DNA from: a virus
Taxonomy: Duplodnaviria; Caudoviricetes
Virus record (IMG/VR): IMGVR_UViG_3300023092_000150
Location: 1 to 32,804 of that record
DNA length: 32,804 nt
Direction: 5' to 3' (one strand)
Part shown: piece by piece, positions 9,599 to 18,127 of the stretch
How the letters are laid out: each line of letters starts with the position of its first letter
Numbering within the stretch: position 1 is the first letter of the stretch
Notes under the pieces: model-generated
What the model saw: only the letters and a program-made list of their open reading frames with translations
Database searches by the model: none
What the model was told of the DNA's origin: nothing
Program-made: the position numbers and the translations under genes

Positions 9599-10124
9599 TT
9601 AGATAACTCCCAATTCCATTTCTCCAATAGAACTATACCAAAAATCTGTATTAACGTCATCTTTATCTACAGCCATTAATCTGCTTTTTAATTCCAGAGC
9701 ATATTTTTCATGATGTAAATGGTATTGTCCCAATGTTTGAGGAATTTTCACTTCATTTCTAAAGCGTATGTATGTGTATAAATATTCCAGATACGTTTTT
9801 AGATTCTTGTTTATAGTATATATTCTTATTCCTTCAGTACGATAATGGGTTCTCCCAATTATTGCCTGAGTTTCAATGTCAACACATAACCCGACTGGCT
9901 CATTAATAAAAGTATTTTTAGTGCCAAGTTTTAAAAACTTTTTATCTAATAATTCGACATTTCCAAAAAAAACTCATAATCTCCACCAAAGTAGTGTGAT
10001 TCGGTAATCCAATATTGTATAGAATATCTGATGTTTCTTTTGAAACATACTCATTAATTATATCATTGTTTGCGAATACTACTAAACTATTTGAAAAATA
10101 TTCTTGAATTTCTGTTAAGTTCAT
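9599..10124 (-). pseudogene. Frameshifted SUKH-4-like immunity protein (~174 aa if repaired)
   Basis: N-part ..LYNIGLP; removing one base at the A8 run 9965-9972 continues GNVELLDKKFLKLG..LCVDIET..INKNLKTYLE..LMAVDKDDVNTDFWYSSIGEMELGVI to a stop at 9599. Confidence 0.7.
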
Positions 10125-10178
10125 TAGTATTTAAATTAATCTATTTAAAACTTTTACATTTAATTTCTTTTAGATTCA

Positions 10179-10919
10179 TTATCTTTTTAGATAAATATAA
10201 TTTTGATTTGACACTAACATTTCTCCATCATTATATCTTACAGAATAAATAATTTTATTTATCTTTTGGTTGTTGTAAAAATACTTTACAGTTAATACAC
10301 CATCATTAAATACAATAGTTTCTTTGATCAAATATCCATTTTTATCTAGTACATATTCGAAATTACTTATAATAGAATTAATGGGAATAAATAGTGTCAT
10401 TTTAGATGGATTAAATCTTATATTGAGATTTAGTTTTTTAGATTTGAAAGTAGTTTGATCATTTCTGCTTATTTTTTGAAAACTTTCAATATTTGCCATT
10501 AACTTTTCAATATCACTTACTTCACTAGAAAGCATAAAAGGATTATCAATTTTTATATTTTTTGTAGTTAAAAAATCATTATATGATTTAATATTTGAAT
10601 AGTAATTGGAAGACCAGTCATCTTTCTCATTTTTATCAGATCCGAAAAATGCGTAGTCAAATTTACCATTTTTATATTCTAGATTAATTTCTTGATATAA
10701 TTTTCCATTGCTACTGCGCTCCTGAAATTTAACTAGTTTTTTAGATTCATCAAAATAATAATCACATATCTTTTCATTGTCTATAGTCAAAGTAATTATA
10801 GAATGTTTTTTAACTGTAGATTTTTTGTCTAGAGATTTAGATTCATCTTTTTTTACCGTCTTATTACAACTTATGATTGTTGCTAAAATTAGGAGAAAGA
10901 GAAGTTTTTGAATTTTCAT
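10179..10919 (-). CDS. Lipoprotein, probable cognate immunity protein of the upstream toxin
   Basis: Lipobox IISC; starts 3 bp after the toxin stop. Confidence 0.6.
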   Translation of the reverse strand: MKIQKLLFLLILATIISCNKTVKKDESKSLDKKSTVKKHSIITLTIDNEKICDYYFDESKKLVKFQERSSNGKLYQEINLEYKNGKFDYAFFGSDKNEKDDWSSNYYSNIKSYNDFLTTKNIKIDNPFMLSSEVSDIEKLMANIESFQKISRNDQTTFKSKKLNLNIRFNPSKMTLFIPINSIISNFEYVLDKNGYLIKETIVFNDGVLTVKYFYNNQKINKIIYSVRYNDGEMLVSNQNYIYLKR

Positions 10920-10922
10920 AAA

Positions 10923-11897
10923 TTATTTTTTAAAATTATCTAAAAATCCAGGCTCGGCTGGGCGATTTGGAATATTCCAAGGGTAAGCTTTTATTATATC
11001 TTTACCTTTTAAAGTCTTCCAAAAAATAGTTTTGTTATATACAGCTGTAGATTTAAGATTAATTCTGCCTTCTTTATGATTTTTATGATTTTTAATAAAT
11101 CTCTTATCAAATTCCGTGGCAGATGTCTTGTCAAAATATGCCGTAAAACTAATTTGAGGAGCATCAAAATTCTTGCCAATATTTTTCGACCATATTTTAT
11201 AATGTTCCTCTGAAATTTTCCATCCAAGTGTATTTTTATGTAACTCAAATTTTCCTGTTGAAAAACGATAATCTTCAGAATTAAACAAAGCTTGTTCTTG
11301 ACCATCCCATGCATCAGCACCATAACTGTAATCAAATCCATTAATTAAAACATTTATTTCTGCAGCTATCCCACATTGCATTTTAGTTCCATTTCTTTTT
11401 TCTTTTGAAGTAGATCTGAATTTTTTGGCTAATTCGCTATTCTCTCCATATGCAACAGTATTTCGCTCTAAAACATAAGCAATTGCAAACATTTCCTTCT
11501 TTAAATCTTCTGTCATGTCTGATTTATAAGCAGAACTTTCTCCATATACAGTTGATGCCTTTTGTATGAATTTAGTATGATTGTCTGTAATTTTTCGAAG
11601 ATTTTTAAATCCGCCTTTACCATCTTTTTCTCCTAGAAAAGCAGAATCATTATTTTTCGGAGTGTTTAGATTTTTTCCTAAATACTCACCGTCAAGCCCA
11701 TATATGGAGCTTCCTTCTTTTGAATTATTAATGAGTAAATTAGGAGATTCATATCGCTCTATCAGAAACTTCTCCATCTCTACAGCATTCCTATCATCCT
11801 CAATCTGCTGTCGCCAAATGTTGAGCATAATTTGTCTAAACCTTGTCATTTCTGAAGGGCTTGTGTCATTTAGTTCTATGTTATGGGTTTTAATCAT
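10923..11897 (-). CDS. Putative effector/toxin with cell-wall-hydrolase-like domain
   Basis: ASTVYGESS..EMFAIAYVL.RN..DYSYGA resembles the SleB/Hydrolase_2 pattern; IYGLDGEYLG linker resembles Rhs-toxin C-terminal starts; no signal peptide; followed by lipoprotein. Confidence 0.5.
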   Translation of the reverse strand: MIKTHNIELNDTSPSEMTRFRQIMLNIWRQQIEDDRNAVEMEKFLIERYESPNLLINNSKEGSSIYGLDGEYLGKNLNTPKNNDSAFLGEKDGKGGFKNLRKITDNHTKFIQKASTVYGESSAYKSDMTEDLKKEMFAIAYVLERNTVAYGENSELAKKFRSTSKEKRNGTKMQCGIAAEINVLINGFDYSYGADAWDGQEQALFNSEDYRFSTGKFELHKNTLGWKISEEHYKIWSKNIGKNFDAPQISFTAYFDKTSATEFDKRFIKNHKNHKEGRINLKSTAVYNKTIFWKTLKGKDIIKAYPWNIPNRPAEPGFLDNFKK

Positions 11898-11936
11898 GAT
11901 TTTGGTTTTACAGAAAAAGGATAAAAAAATAGGTTT

Positions 11937-12281
11937 TTATAGTATTTCTACTTTAACAGGTTTGGGCTGAATATGATCTGAGAATGCTGTGGTAATATTG
12001 AGACGTAAATCGTCTTCTTGTTCTATTTTTCCGTCGCCACCCAAATAGCAGTTTTTGAATAATACTTCGAGAGCTTTAAATTCGTCCATTTTTGAAGCTT
12101 GTAATACGGCAGAACGAATACTCATATCTGGTTTTTTAAAATATGCAAACAGGGTAGTTTCGTCATCGTCTGCAATGGTGAGTTTGACTACTTTTTTGTG
12201 TTTGTATTTCCATTGGTTTAATTGCGCCTGAGTAATATTTCCGTCAAGGACATCTGCGGTTTTTGAGATTGTTTTTTCCAT
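11937..12281 (-). CDS. Tail assembly chaperone-like protein
   Basis: Directly after tube gene; QLNQWKYKH..AYFKKPD..NCYLGGD motif typical of Bacteroidota tail chaperones. Confidence 0.7.
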   Translation of the reverse strand: MEKTISKTADVLDGNITQAQLNQWKYKHKKVVKLTIADDDETTLFAYFKKPDMSIRSAVLQASKMDEFKALEVLFKNCYLGGDGKIEQEDDLRLNITTAFSDHIQPKPVKVEIL

Positions 12282-12380
12282 TTTAAAACGTTTTTATTTT
12301 TTATGATTGATGAGTTGAATTCTGATGTAATGATTTTTTATAAGTCATTGAAATGATAATTATTTCGTTGACCGAATGAT

Positions 12381-12439
12381 AAAAAAAGAGGCTGCCTGAG
12401 GTATTGTTTTGGAGTTGAATATTCTCGAAGCAGCCTCTT
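12381..12439 (-). terminator. Long-stem intrinsic terminator after the tube gene
   Basis: aagaggctgc (12386-12395) pairs with gcagcctctt (12430-12439); T7 tract on the minus strand. Confidence 0.65.
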
Positions 12440-12621
12440 GAAGAAGATTCCCTGTCTAAAAACGGACTAATAAAGAGCTTGTAGAATAAGTTTGCAGACA
12501 AAAATCATGTTCCTTGAACTCCTTTTTTGCATAACGCAATTGATAATGGTTTTCTCTTTTTAGCCGGATTTAAAGACAGGGAATGGGGTATTATGGTTTT
12601 AGTAGTAGTAATTTATGGAGA

Positions 12622-13047
12622 TTAGTTCCACTCAACGTGAGAACAGATCAAGTCAAAAGAAACTGCGATTTTAGTGTCTCCCTGGCTAATTCCTCTGCTG
12701 TTTGAGTTGAATTCGCAGTTTCTTACTGTGTGTGTAATTACTTCGTTGCTATCGTCTAAGTAACTAACAATGATGCTGAAAGGACTAATATCCTGCAATC
12801 TTTGTCCTTTTGGCAAAGCAGCCAAAATAGCTTCTACTTCGTAATTGTATAAAGTGATAGAAGCTTTTGCTTCGTATTTTCCTCTACCTCTGTGTACCGG
12901 CATGTCTCCCGCACCGTAATGGTTTTCTTTAGATACTGAATCGCTGTAGTTTACAGCTGTAATTCCGGTAACGATATTACCTGCAATACTTACTTCGATA
13001 GATGACCAGCTGTGTTGTTGTCCGTTTATTAATGGTAATTTATTCAT
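12622..13047 (-). CDS. Tail tube protein
   Basis: 141 aa directly after sheath; INGQQHSWSSI, GITAVNYSD, YGAGDMPVHRGRG motifs. Confidence 0.8.
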   Translation of the reverse strand: MNKLPLINGQQHSWSSIEVSIAGNIVTGITAVNYSDSVSKENHYGAGDMPVHRGRGKYEAKASITLYNYEVEAILAALPKGQRLQDISPFSIIVSYLDDSNEVITHTVRNCEFNSNSRGISQGDTKIAVSFDLICSHVEWN

Positions 13048-13097
13048 ATGTTGCTTTATTTGTTTTTAATGATCTTTTTAACGATCTGTAACTATCA

Positions 13098-13132
13098 CCT
13101 GATTCATTTGCATTTGCAGCAAATGAATCAGG
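13098..13132. other. Stem-loop between sheath and tube genes
   Basis: 14-bp perfect inverted repeat cctgattcatttgc / gcaaatgaatcagg. Confidence 0.65.
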
Positions 13133-13186
13133 AAGATATAATTGGTGAATTTTTTATGGTTTTTGAATTGTATTAAATTCAATAAA

Positions 13187-14503
13187 TTATGCTTTGTCGA
13201 TTCCGAAAGGATTTTTGAACCCTAAATCGACCATAATTTTACGTGCAGTTCCAATTGGAGTAATTTCTGCTTTTACTTTTAATTCTGAAGTTGCCAAAAT
13301 GTTTTGTTTTGGATCTACATACACATCAAAAGCCGAAACTTCCTGATTAGCAACCATTCCCTCTAAAGCAGATCTGCATAAACCTTCAAAGCTTTTTGAA
13401 ACAGATTGAGGTAATTTACCATCAATATCAACTAAAACCGGAGAAGACAATTTTGGTAACAAAGCGGTACGTAACAAACGAGTTGCTTTATTAATCGTAC
13501 GGTTGTTTTCTACATAAGCAAAGTCTGATGTGCCGGTTGTACAAGTAGCACTATCATTAAAATAAACACCAGGTAAACCAGTATGCGTTCTTGCGAAAAT
13601 GAATCTTTTTTCGTTTAAGTCGCCTAGAGTTACAAGAGTTTTAATTTCTTCTCCGCCAACAAAACCTGCTTTGGCAAAACCTTCACCGGTTAGGTTAAAT
13701 TTTTCGATCCAGGCAATGTTTTCAGATACTTTTGCTTTAGAAATTGCTCCTAATGCCAAGCCAACTGCTGCAGTGTTTTTGTATGAATTTTTGAAAACGA
13801 ATTCAAGAACAGCTCCATTTTCTTTTTTCAAGCCATCAGCATCTCTTACATTATACACATCCAGAGAACCTTCAACAGGAAGTACTTCCTCGTTAGGAGC
13901 TAAAATGTAAAGTTTTAAGTTGTCTTTTTGAAATAACTTTTTTTCAAACGCTTTTTCAACATCCATTGCGACAACTACAGATACGTTTTCAGCATTTGAT
14001 CCGTCTAATGATGGTGCATCAACAGTAAAACCTTTTCCTTCTAAAATAATTTCAAAAGGCATGTAATCTTTATAAGCAAGATCAGCCTCGGTTTGTGCTT
14101 TTAAAACTGCGGCCTGTGTTTGTGCAAATGTTGTTGCTCCAGAATAGATAATGGCCATTTGGCGAATGTTTCCGTTTGCTTTCTCCTGCATGTCCATTGC
14201 TTTTCCTGCAATTTCTTCGTAAGAAGTGGCTGTAGTTGCCATAATGTACAAATCTCCGGAAGGATTCATTCTGAAAAATTGTTGAATTTGATAGAAAGCA
14301 GATTGTCCGTTTACATCATAATCAGCTATAATTCCTAACGCTTCAGCATCTTCTAACGAAGCCAGGCGCTCAATTTTATTTAATGCTAATTTTGTAGTGG
14401 CAGCTCCATCAAAAAGTAACCCTGAAACCATGTCCTGTTCCGGATTTCTTCTTCCTAATCCGCCTGATAGTTTTGTAATTACTACATCGTTTAATGTACT
14501 CAT
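13187..14503 (-). CDS. Contractile tail sheath protein (DUF2586-like)
   Basis: GGLGR N-terminus, FFRMNP, GVYFND, DFAYVENNRTINKA, C-terminal VDPKQNIL..ITPIGTARKI.V.LGF typical of sheath proteins. Confidence 0.85.
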   Translation of the reverse strand: MSTLNDVVITKLSGGLGRRNPEQDMVSGLLFDGAATTKLALNKIERLASLEDAEALGIIADYDVNGQSAFYQIQQFFRMNPSGDLYIMATTATSYEEIAGKAMDMQEKANGNIRQMAIIYSGATTFAQTQAAVLKAQTEADLAYKDYMPFEIILEGKGFTVDAPSLDGSNAENVSVVVAMDVEKAFEKKLFQKDNLKLYILAPNEEVLPVEGSLDVYNVRDADGLKKENGAVLEFVFKNSYKNTAAVGLALGAISKAKVSENIAWIEKFNLTGEGFAKAGFVGGEEIKTLVTLGDLNEKRFIFARTHTGLPGVYFNDSATCTTGTSDFAYVENNRTINKATRLLRTALLPKLSSPVLVDIDGKLPQSVSKSFEGLCRSALEGMVANQEVSAFDVYVDPKQNILATSELKVKAEITPIGTARKIMVDLGFKNPFGIDKA

Positions 14504-14743
14504 AATATAAATAGTTTTAATTGTTTAAAGATTTTGTTTTGTTTTTTGCTTGAAAAAGGGGCAAAAGAAGGGCTGTAACAAGTTGGCAAACTTGCTATGA
14601 TCAGGATATTTATTATTTTAATATGTATTGGTAATCAGGAATCCAAAAAGTAGAATTGGTATTTTTGGACGGGTTATAAAGACGGGTTTTTCAATTGAAT
14701 TTTATCCTTAGCCAAGGGATAAATTTGCTTTTGCTATCGAGTA

Positions 14744-14806
14744 CAAATTTAAGGCTCAAGGTTGCTTTTTCCAATTATTTTGATATTCAAAACCAGTAGT
14801 TTCAGC
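14744..14806 (-). promoter_or_regulatory. Promoter of the sheath/tube operon with conserved upstream motif
   Basis: Minus strand TAAATTTG (14744-14751, matches TAnnTTTG) and GCTGAAACTACTG (14794-14806), 42 bp apart. Confidence 0.75.
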
Positions 14807-14809
14807 GGT

Positions 14810-14989
14810 TTAAGCTCTGGCCTCTGTAGCGAGTCCTTCATTTATAATAGTATAAATAGTGCGCTCTGTAAGGAACAAAGTATCCGAAAGTTCAGATACG
14901 ACAACTTTCATTTGTTTAGCTTGATTTCTATTAAGGTAGTTAATCACATACTCTCTCCTTTTGTCTAATAGTGTTCTGCTTCTTTTCAT
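14810..14989 (-). CDS. Small HTH DNA-binding protein (59 aa; Mor/C-like HTH), absent from the ORF track
   Basis: Manual translation MKRSRTLLDKRREYVINYLNRNQAKQMKVVVSELSDTLFLTERTIYTIINEGLATEARA; ELSxxLFLTERTIYxII is an HTH signature. Confidence 0.75.
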   Translation of the reverse strand: MKRSRTLLDKRREYVINYLNRNQAKQMKVVVSELSDTLFLTERTIYTIINEGLATEARA

Positions 14990-15123
14990 GTTTTAAGGTT
15001 TAAATAGGGTAATGTTTTATTTTATTTAGATTGGCGTTGATGGTGTTTATAGTTTTATATCATGGATTAGTTTTTGATTGTTTTTTATTTAATGAGAATA
15101 TTTTTGACTGACTTATAATCAAA

Positions 15124-15699
15124 TTAAGGAGCAGTATTTAAATCGACATTTCCCTGAACCTGATTGGGGTTTATTCCGATGATTCCGGAATTTAAGTCAT
15201 ATCCTAAATCTTCCAGTTCTTCATTACTTAAACCATTATTAAAAAGAATGTATTTCTTTTTTAAGATATTTTCTATTAAGGTGGTTTTATAAGTGATCTC
15301 CCAAATAAAATAATCATTTTTATTCCAGTACGTGTGTTCGTTGGTACATTGTTTTTCTCTTATTTTAAATGTTGAATTAGTATCTATAGCAGCGTTACTG
15401 TTGCTATTAGACAATACAGCTTTGTCTATTCGTTGCGCAATATCAAATGCATTTGCATAACTTGTTGAAGAAATCGTTTCTACAGGTAATACAATGTATA
15501 GGCAAAATGATACATCGGCTTTGTAGTTTTTTTCAGAAGATGTTTCCCAGTCTACAGTATCGTATTTAAACATTACTACCGGTGTTTCGATAGAATCTTT
15601 AAAAATAGCATCACTATAAAGTTGCACTGTTGGTACATTCGAAGTAAACTCCGTTTCTATTGCGTTCTTTTTTTCAGTATAAAAGTCTTTTAGAATCAT
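15124..15699 (-). CDS. Probable tail terminator/completion-like protein (start refined to MILKDF)
   Basis: Upstream of sheath; VQLY..PVVMF...DWE..A.V pattern resembles Mu gp37-like terminators; the TTG start at 15720 overlaps the -7 element. Confidence 0.5.
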   Translation of the reverse strand: MILKDFYTEKKNAIETEFTSNVPTVQLYSDAIFKDSIETPVVMFKYDTVDWETSSEKNYKADVSFCLYIVLPVETISSTSYANAFDIAQRIDKAVLSNSNSNAAIDTNSTFKIREKQCTNEHTYWNKNDYFIWEITYKTTLIENILKKKYILFNNGLSNEELEDLGYDLNSGIIGINPNQVQGNVDLNTAP

Positions 15700-15717
15700 A
15701 TGGTGGATTATTTTTGA

Positions 15718-15781
15718 CAAATATACAACATATGTTTTAATTATTGCAACATATTACGATGAAAAATGCAGTAATTTCAGT
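15718..15781 (-). promoter_or_regulatory. Leftward promoter with conserved motif and candidate repressor operators
   Basis: Minus strand TATATTTG (15718-15725); ACTGAAATTACTG (15769-15781) 43 bp away; palindrome AACATATGTT at 15727-15736. Confidence 0.7.
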
Positions 15782-15907
15782 AATATGATTTAGTTTTTTA
15801 TGTTGACTATTAGAGTAATACAGTAGGAAAAAGCCTTTAAAATGCTTTAAATTCAGGTGTTACGTAAAAAAAATAGAAAAGAATGCTATTATTTATTATA
15901 TATTTTT

Positions 15908-15957
15908 TAGTTTTGCAACATATAGTGGAATGTGTAATGCTGTTTAAAACATATTAC
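15908..15957 (+). promoter_or_regulatory. Repressor promoter (-7 element) with AACATAT boxes
   Basis: TAGTTTTG at 15908-15915; AACATAT at 15917-15923 and 15948-15954. Confidence 0.55.
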
Positions 15958-15980
15958 ATAATAAAAACAAAAGCAACACA

Positions 15981-16781
15981 ATGGAAATACATACTAAGAT
16001 AAAACGTATTATAGATGAGATGAAGTTAAACAATAACTCATTTGCTAAGTTAATAGGAGTAACCAGTACTACAATAGATAGTATCACTGTTGGAAGATTG
16101 CAATCTGACGGAGAAAGAAAAAGGACAAAACCTGGATTTGATTTGCTTCAAAGTATCATCACGCATTGTAATGTAAATCCTGATTACTTTTTTGGAAATA
16201 GCGATGAAATTTTTGCCAATAAAACTAATAGCGAAGTGGGTTTGAACCTGCCAAAGATTATAACGGTAAATGAAGACGGGGAGGAGAATATCAATTTTGT
16301 TGGGGTTAAAGCAAGAGCAGGTTATTTAGACGGTTACTCTGATCCGGAATATATGGAGAGTCTTCCGTCATTCAGTATGCCAATGTTAAAAAACGGAACC
16401 TACAGATGTTTTGAAATTAAAGGAAATTCGATGTCGACAACAATACACGACGGCGATTACCTTTTTGGAAAATACGTTGATAATTTTGATGATATTCTCG
16501 ACGGGAGAATTTATGTTATTATCAGTAAAAATGATGGAGTAGTGGTAAAAAGGGTTTTAAACAGAATCAGGGAAAGCGGAAAATTAATCCTGAGATCCGA
16601 CAACAGAGACGGAAATTACCCAATGTATTCTATTTATGCCGAGGATATTCTGGAAGTTTGGTACGCAAGTATGTATGCCTCAAAACAGATGCCGGATCCT
16701 ATTAATATTTATGAAAAGATTCATGATCTCGAAAGTAAATTCTATGAGATGGAAGAGACTTTGAGGAAGAAGCTGAACTAG
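15981..16781 (+). CDS. XRE-HTH / S24 peptidase repressor (LexA/CI-like)
   Basis: N-terminal HTH (FAKLIGVTSTTI), Ala-Gly cleavage site (ARAGY), catalytic Ser (GNSM) and Lys (VVKR). Confidence 0.9.
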   Translation: MEIHTKIKRIIDEMKLNNNSFAKLIGVTSTTIDSITVGRLQSDGERKRTKPGFDLLQSIITHCNVNPDYFFGNSDEIFANKTNSEVGLNLPKIITVNEDGEENINFVGVKARAGYLDGYSDPEYMESLPSFSMPMLKNGTYRCFEIKGNSMSTTIHDGDYLFGKYVDNFDDILDGRIYVIISKNDGVVVKRVLNRIRESGKLILRSDNRDGNYPMYSIYAEDILEVWYASMYASKQMPDPINIYEKIHDLESKFYEMEETLRKKLN

Positions 16782-16803
16782 ATATTTTAAGCCGAGGTTT
16801 TAA

Positions 16804-16852
16804 AATATAAAAATACCTCTTACGGTTTTACTGTAAGAGGTATTTTTATATT
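16804..16852. terminator. Bidirectional terminator between repressor and spike operon
   Basis: 20-bp perfect inverted repeat aatataaaaatacctcttac / gtaagaggtatttttatatt. Confidence 0.85.
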
Positions 16853-16864
16853 AGTTTAAAGTTA

Positions 16865-17113
16865 TTAAGAGATACTTCCTACTCCGGTTCCGGTTTGCGC
16901 TGAGGCACTACCAGTTGTAGTTACAGTGGTGTTTACAGTTCCGGATTTTACAAATATATTAATTGCTTTTGCTAATTCTTTTGCGGTTTCTTCTCTTGCA
17001 CTGTTTGATTTATCTAAATTATCTGTAGAACTATCAATGTTTACTTTTATATTTGAGCTATCATTTAATGCTTTAAAGATTGCTTCTTCTAATGTTTTTA
17101 TATCTAATGCCAT
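16865..17113 (-). CDS. Small protein after spike, possible spike-tip protein
   Basis: 82 aa, LAKAI..FVKSGTV and Thr/Gly-rich C-terminus; position next to the spike gene. Confidence 0.45.
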   Translation of the reverse strand: MALDIKTLEEAIFKALNDSSNIKVNIDSSTDNLDKSNSAREETAKELAKAINIFVKSGTVNTTVTTTGSASAQTGTGVGSIS

Positions 17114-17116
17114 TTT

Positions 17117-18118
17117 TTAAATTTTTAGTAAGTTTTTTAAATTTGATTTTATCTTAATTAGATTTCCTACGTTAGGGCCAACTCCTTGTACTACGACAAT
17201 GCTCGAAACTTCTGTGATGATATTCTCTAATTCAGTTAGTAAATTTTTTTCTCCTGCATTAATTTTAAATTTATCATCCATTTCAAAAGTTAGTTTATCT
17301 TTTACAAACGAAGTTTTGGCATCTGAAATGGTAGCTTCGAAACCGTCTTTAATGATGATTTTGGCTTCTTTATCTTTTAAATTGAAAATTGTATTTCCTT
17401 TATTAAGATTAATTTCGGTATGTAATTCATCAAAAGTTAATTTTTGTTTCTCAGCACCATCTTTATCTAAAAATTGCATTTCAGCACTGGGATTTTCTCC
17501 TGAAGAAAGCGTAAATTTTACTCGTTCTTTAATATCCTCGCCATTAATAGTATGTAAAATAGTCTGTTGTTGATTTCCGCTGAAGTTATTTTTAGAGATT
17601 TCTTTGCCATTTTCATCATAAAAAGAGGTAGTAATCCTGGAATCTTTTTTGCCGCTAAATTCTATTTGCGCGATGTTTTTGTAAGTAGGTTTTGCAGTTG
17701 ATGTAGCACCGTTTTCATTGGTTTTTTTTTCTTTGAATAACATTTGGAATTTATCTGCGTCAGTATTTATTTCCAGATAATGATTCTCATCATTTTTGAA
17801 GCGAACAAAAGTACGTTCGACCTCTGAAAACTGCGAAACAAAAGCTCTCGTTTCGACTCCGTCAATAATCGTAGCCAAAACCCAACTGTCTTTTTTAGGA
17901 ATCGTGATAATCCCTTGTTCGACATCGAGGATTGAAGCTTTCAATCGTACGTTTTTGATAATTGCGCCATCGGCGCGCATGATATTTACAGTATAAGCAT
18001 CGTCAGGATTATGGAGCGATTCTATTTCGTTATTTATTTCGATGACCTTTGCCGCAAAAGTTTCAATAATTTGATTTTTACTGGCCACATCTTTTATTAG
18101 ATCTGTTATATTTCCCAT
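17117..18118 (-). CDS. Baseplate central spike (gpV/gp45-like)
   Basis: N-terminal OB-fold-like region (AKV..VRL..PKKDSWV), followed by repetitive beta-strand region; follows hub gene. Confidence 0.65.
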   Translation of the reverse strand: MGNITDLIKDVASKNQIIETFAAKVIEINNEIESLHNPDDAYTVNIMRADGAIIKNVRLKASILDVEQGIITIPKKDSWVLATIIDGVETRAFVSQFSEVERTFVRFKNDENHYLEINTDADKFQMLFKEKKTNENGATSTAKPTYKNIAQIEFSGKKDSRITTSFYDENGKEISKNNFSGNQQQTILHTINGEDIKERVKFTLSSGENPSAEMQFLDKDGAEKQKLTFDELHTEINLNKGNTIFNLKDKEAKIIIKDGFEATISDAKTSFVKDKLTFEMDDKFKINAGEKNLLTELENIITEVSSIVVVQGVGPNVGNLIKIKSNLKNLLKI

Positions 18119-18127
18119 TTTGTAATT

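Noticed and set aside
11900-11960. Programmed G/GT frameshift at the end of the tail chaperone gene
   Set aside because: No slippery heptamer before the stop codon (GTA GAA ATA CTA TAA)
12301-12501. 66-aa minus-strand ORF
   Set aside because: TTG start, runs through a terminator hairpin, no recognisable protein features
14762-14968. 68-aa plus-strand ORF from the track
   Set aside because: Antisense shadow of the 59-aa HTH gene and overlaps the sheath promoter motif
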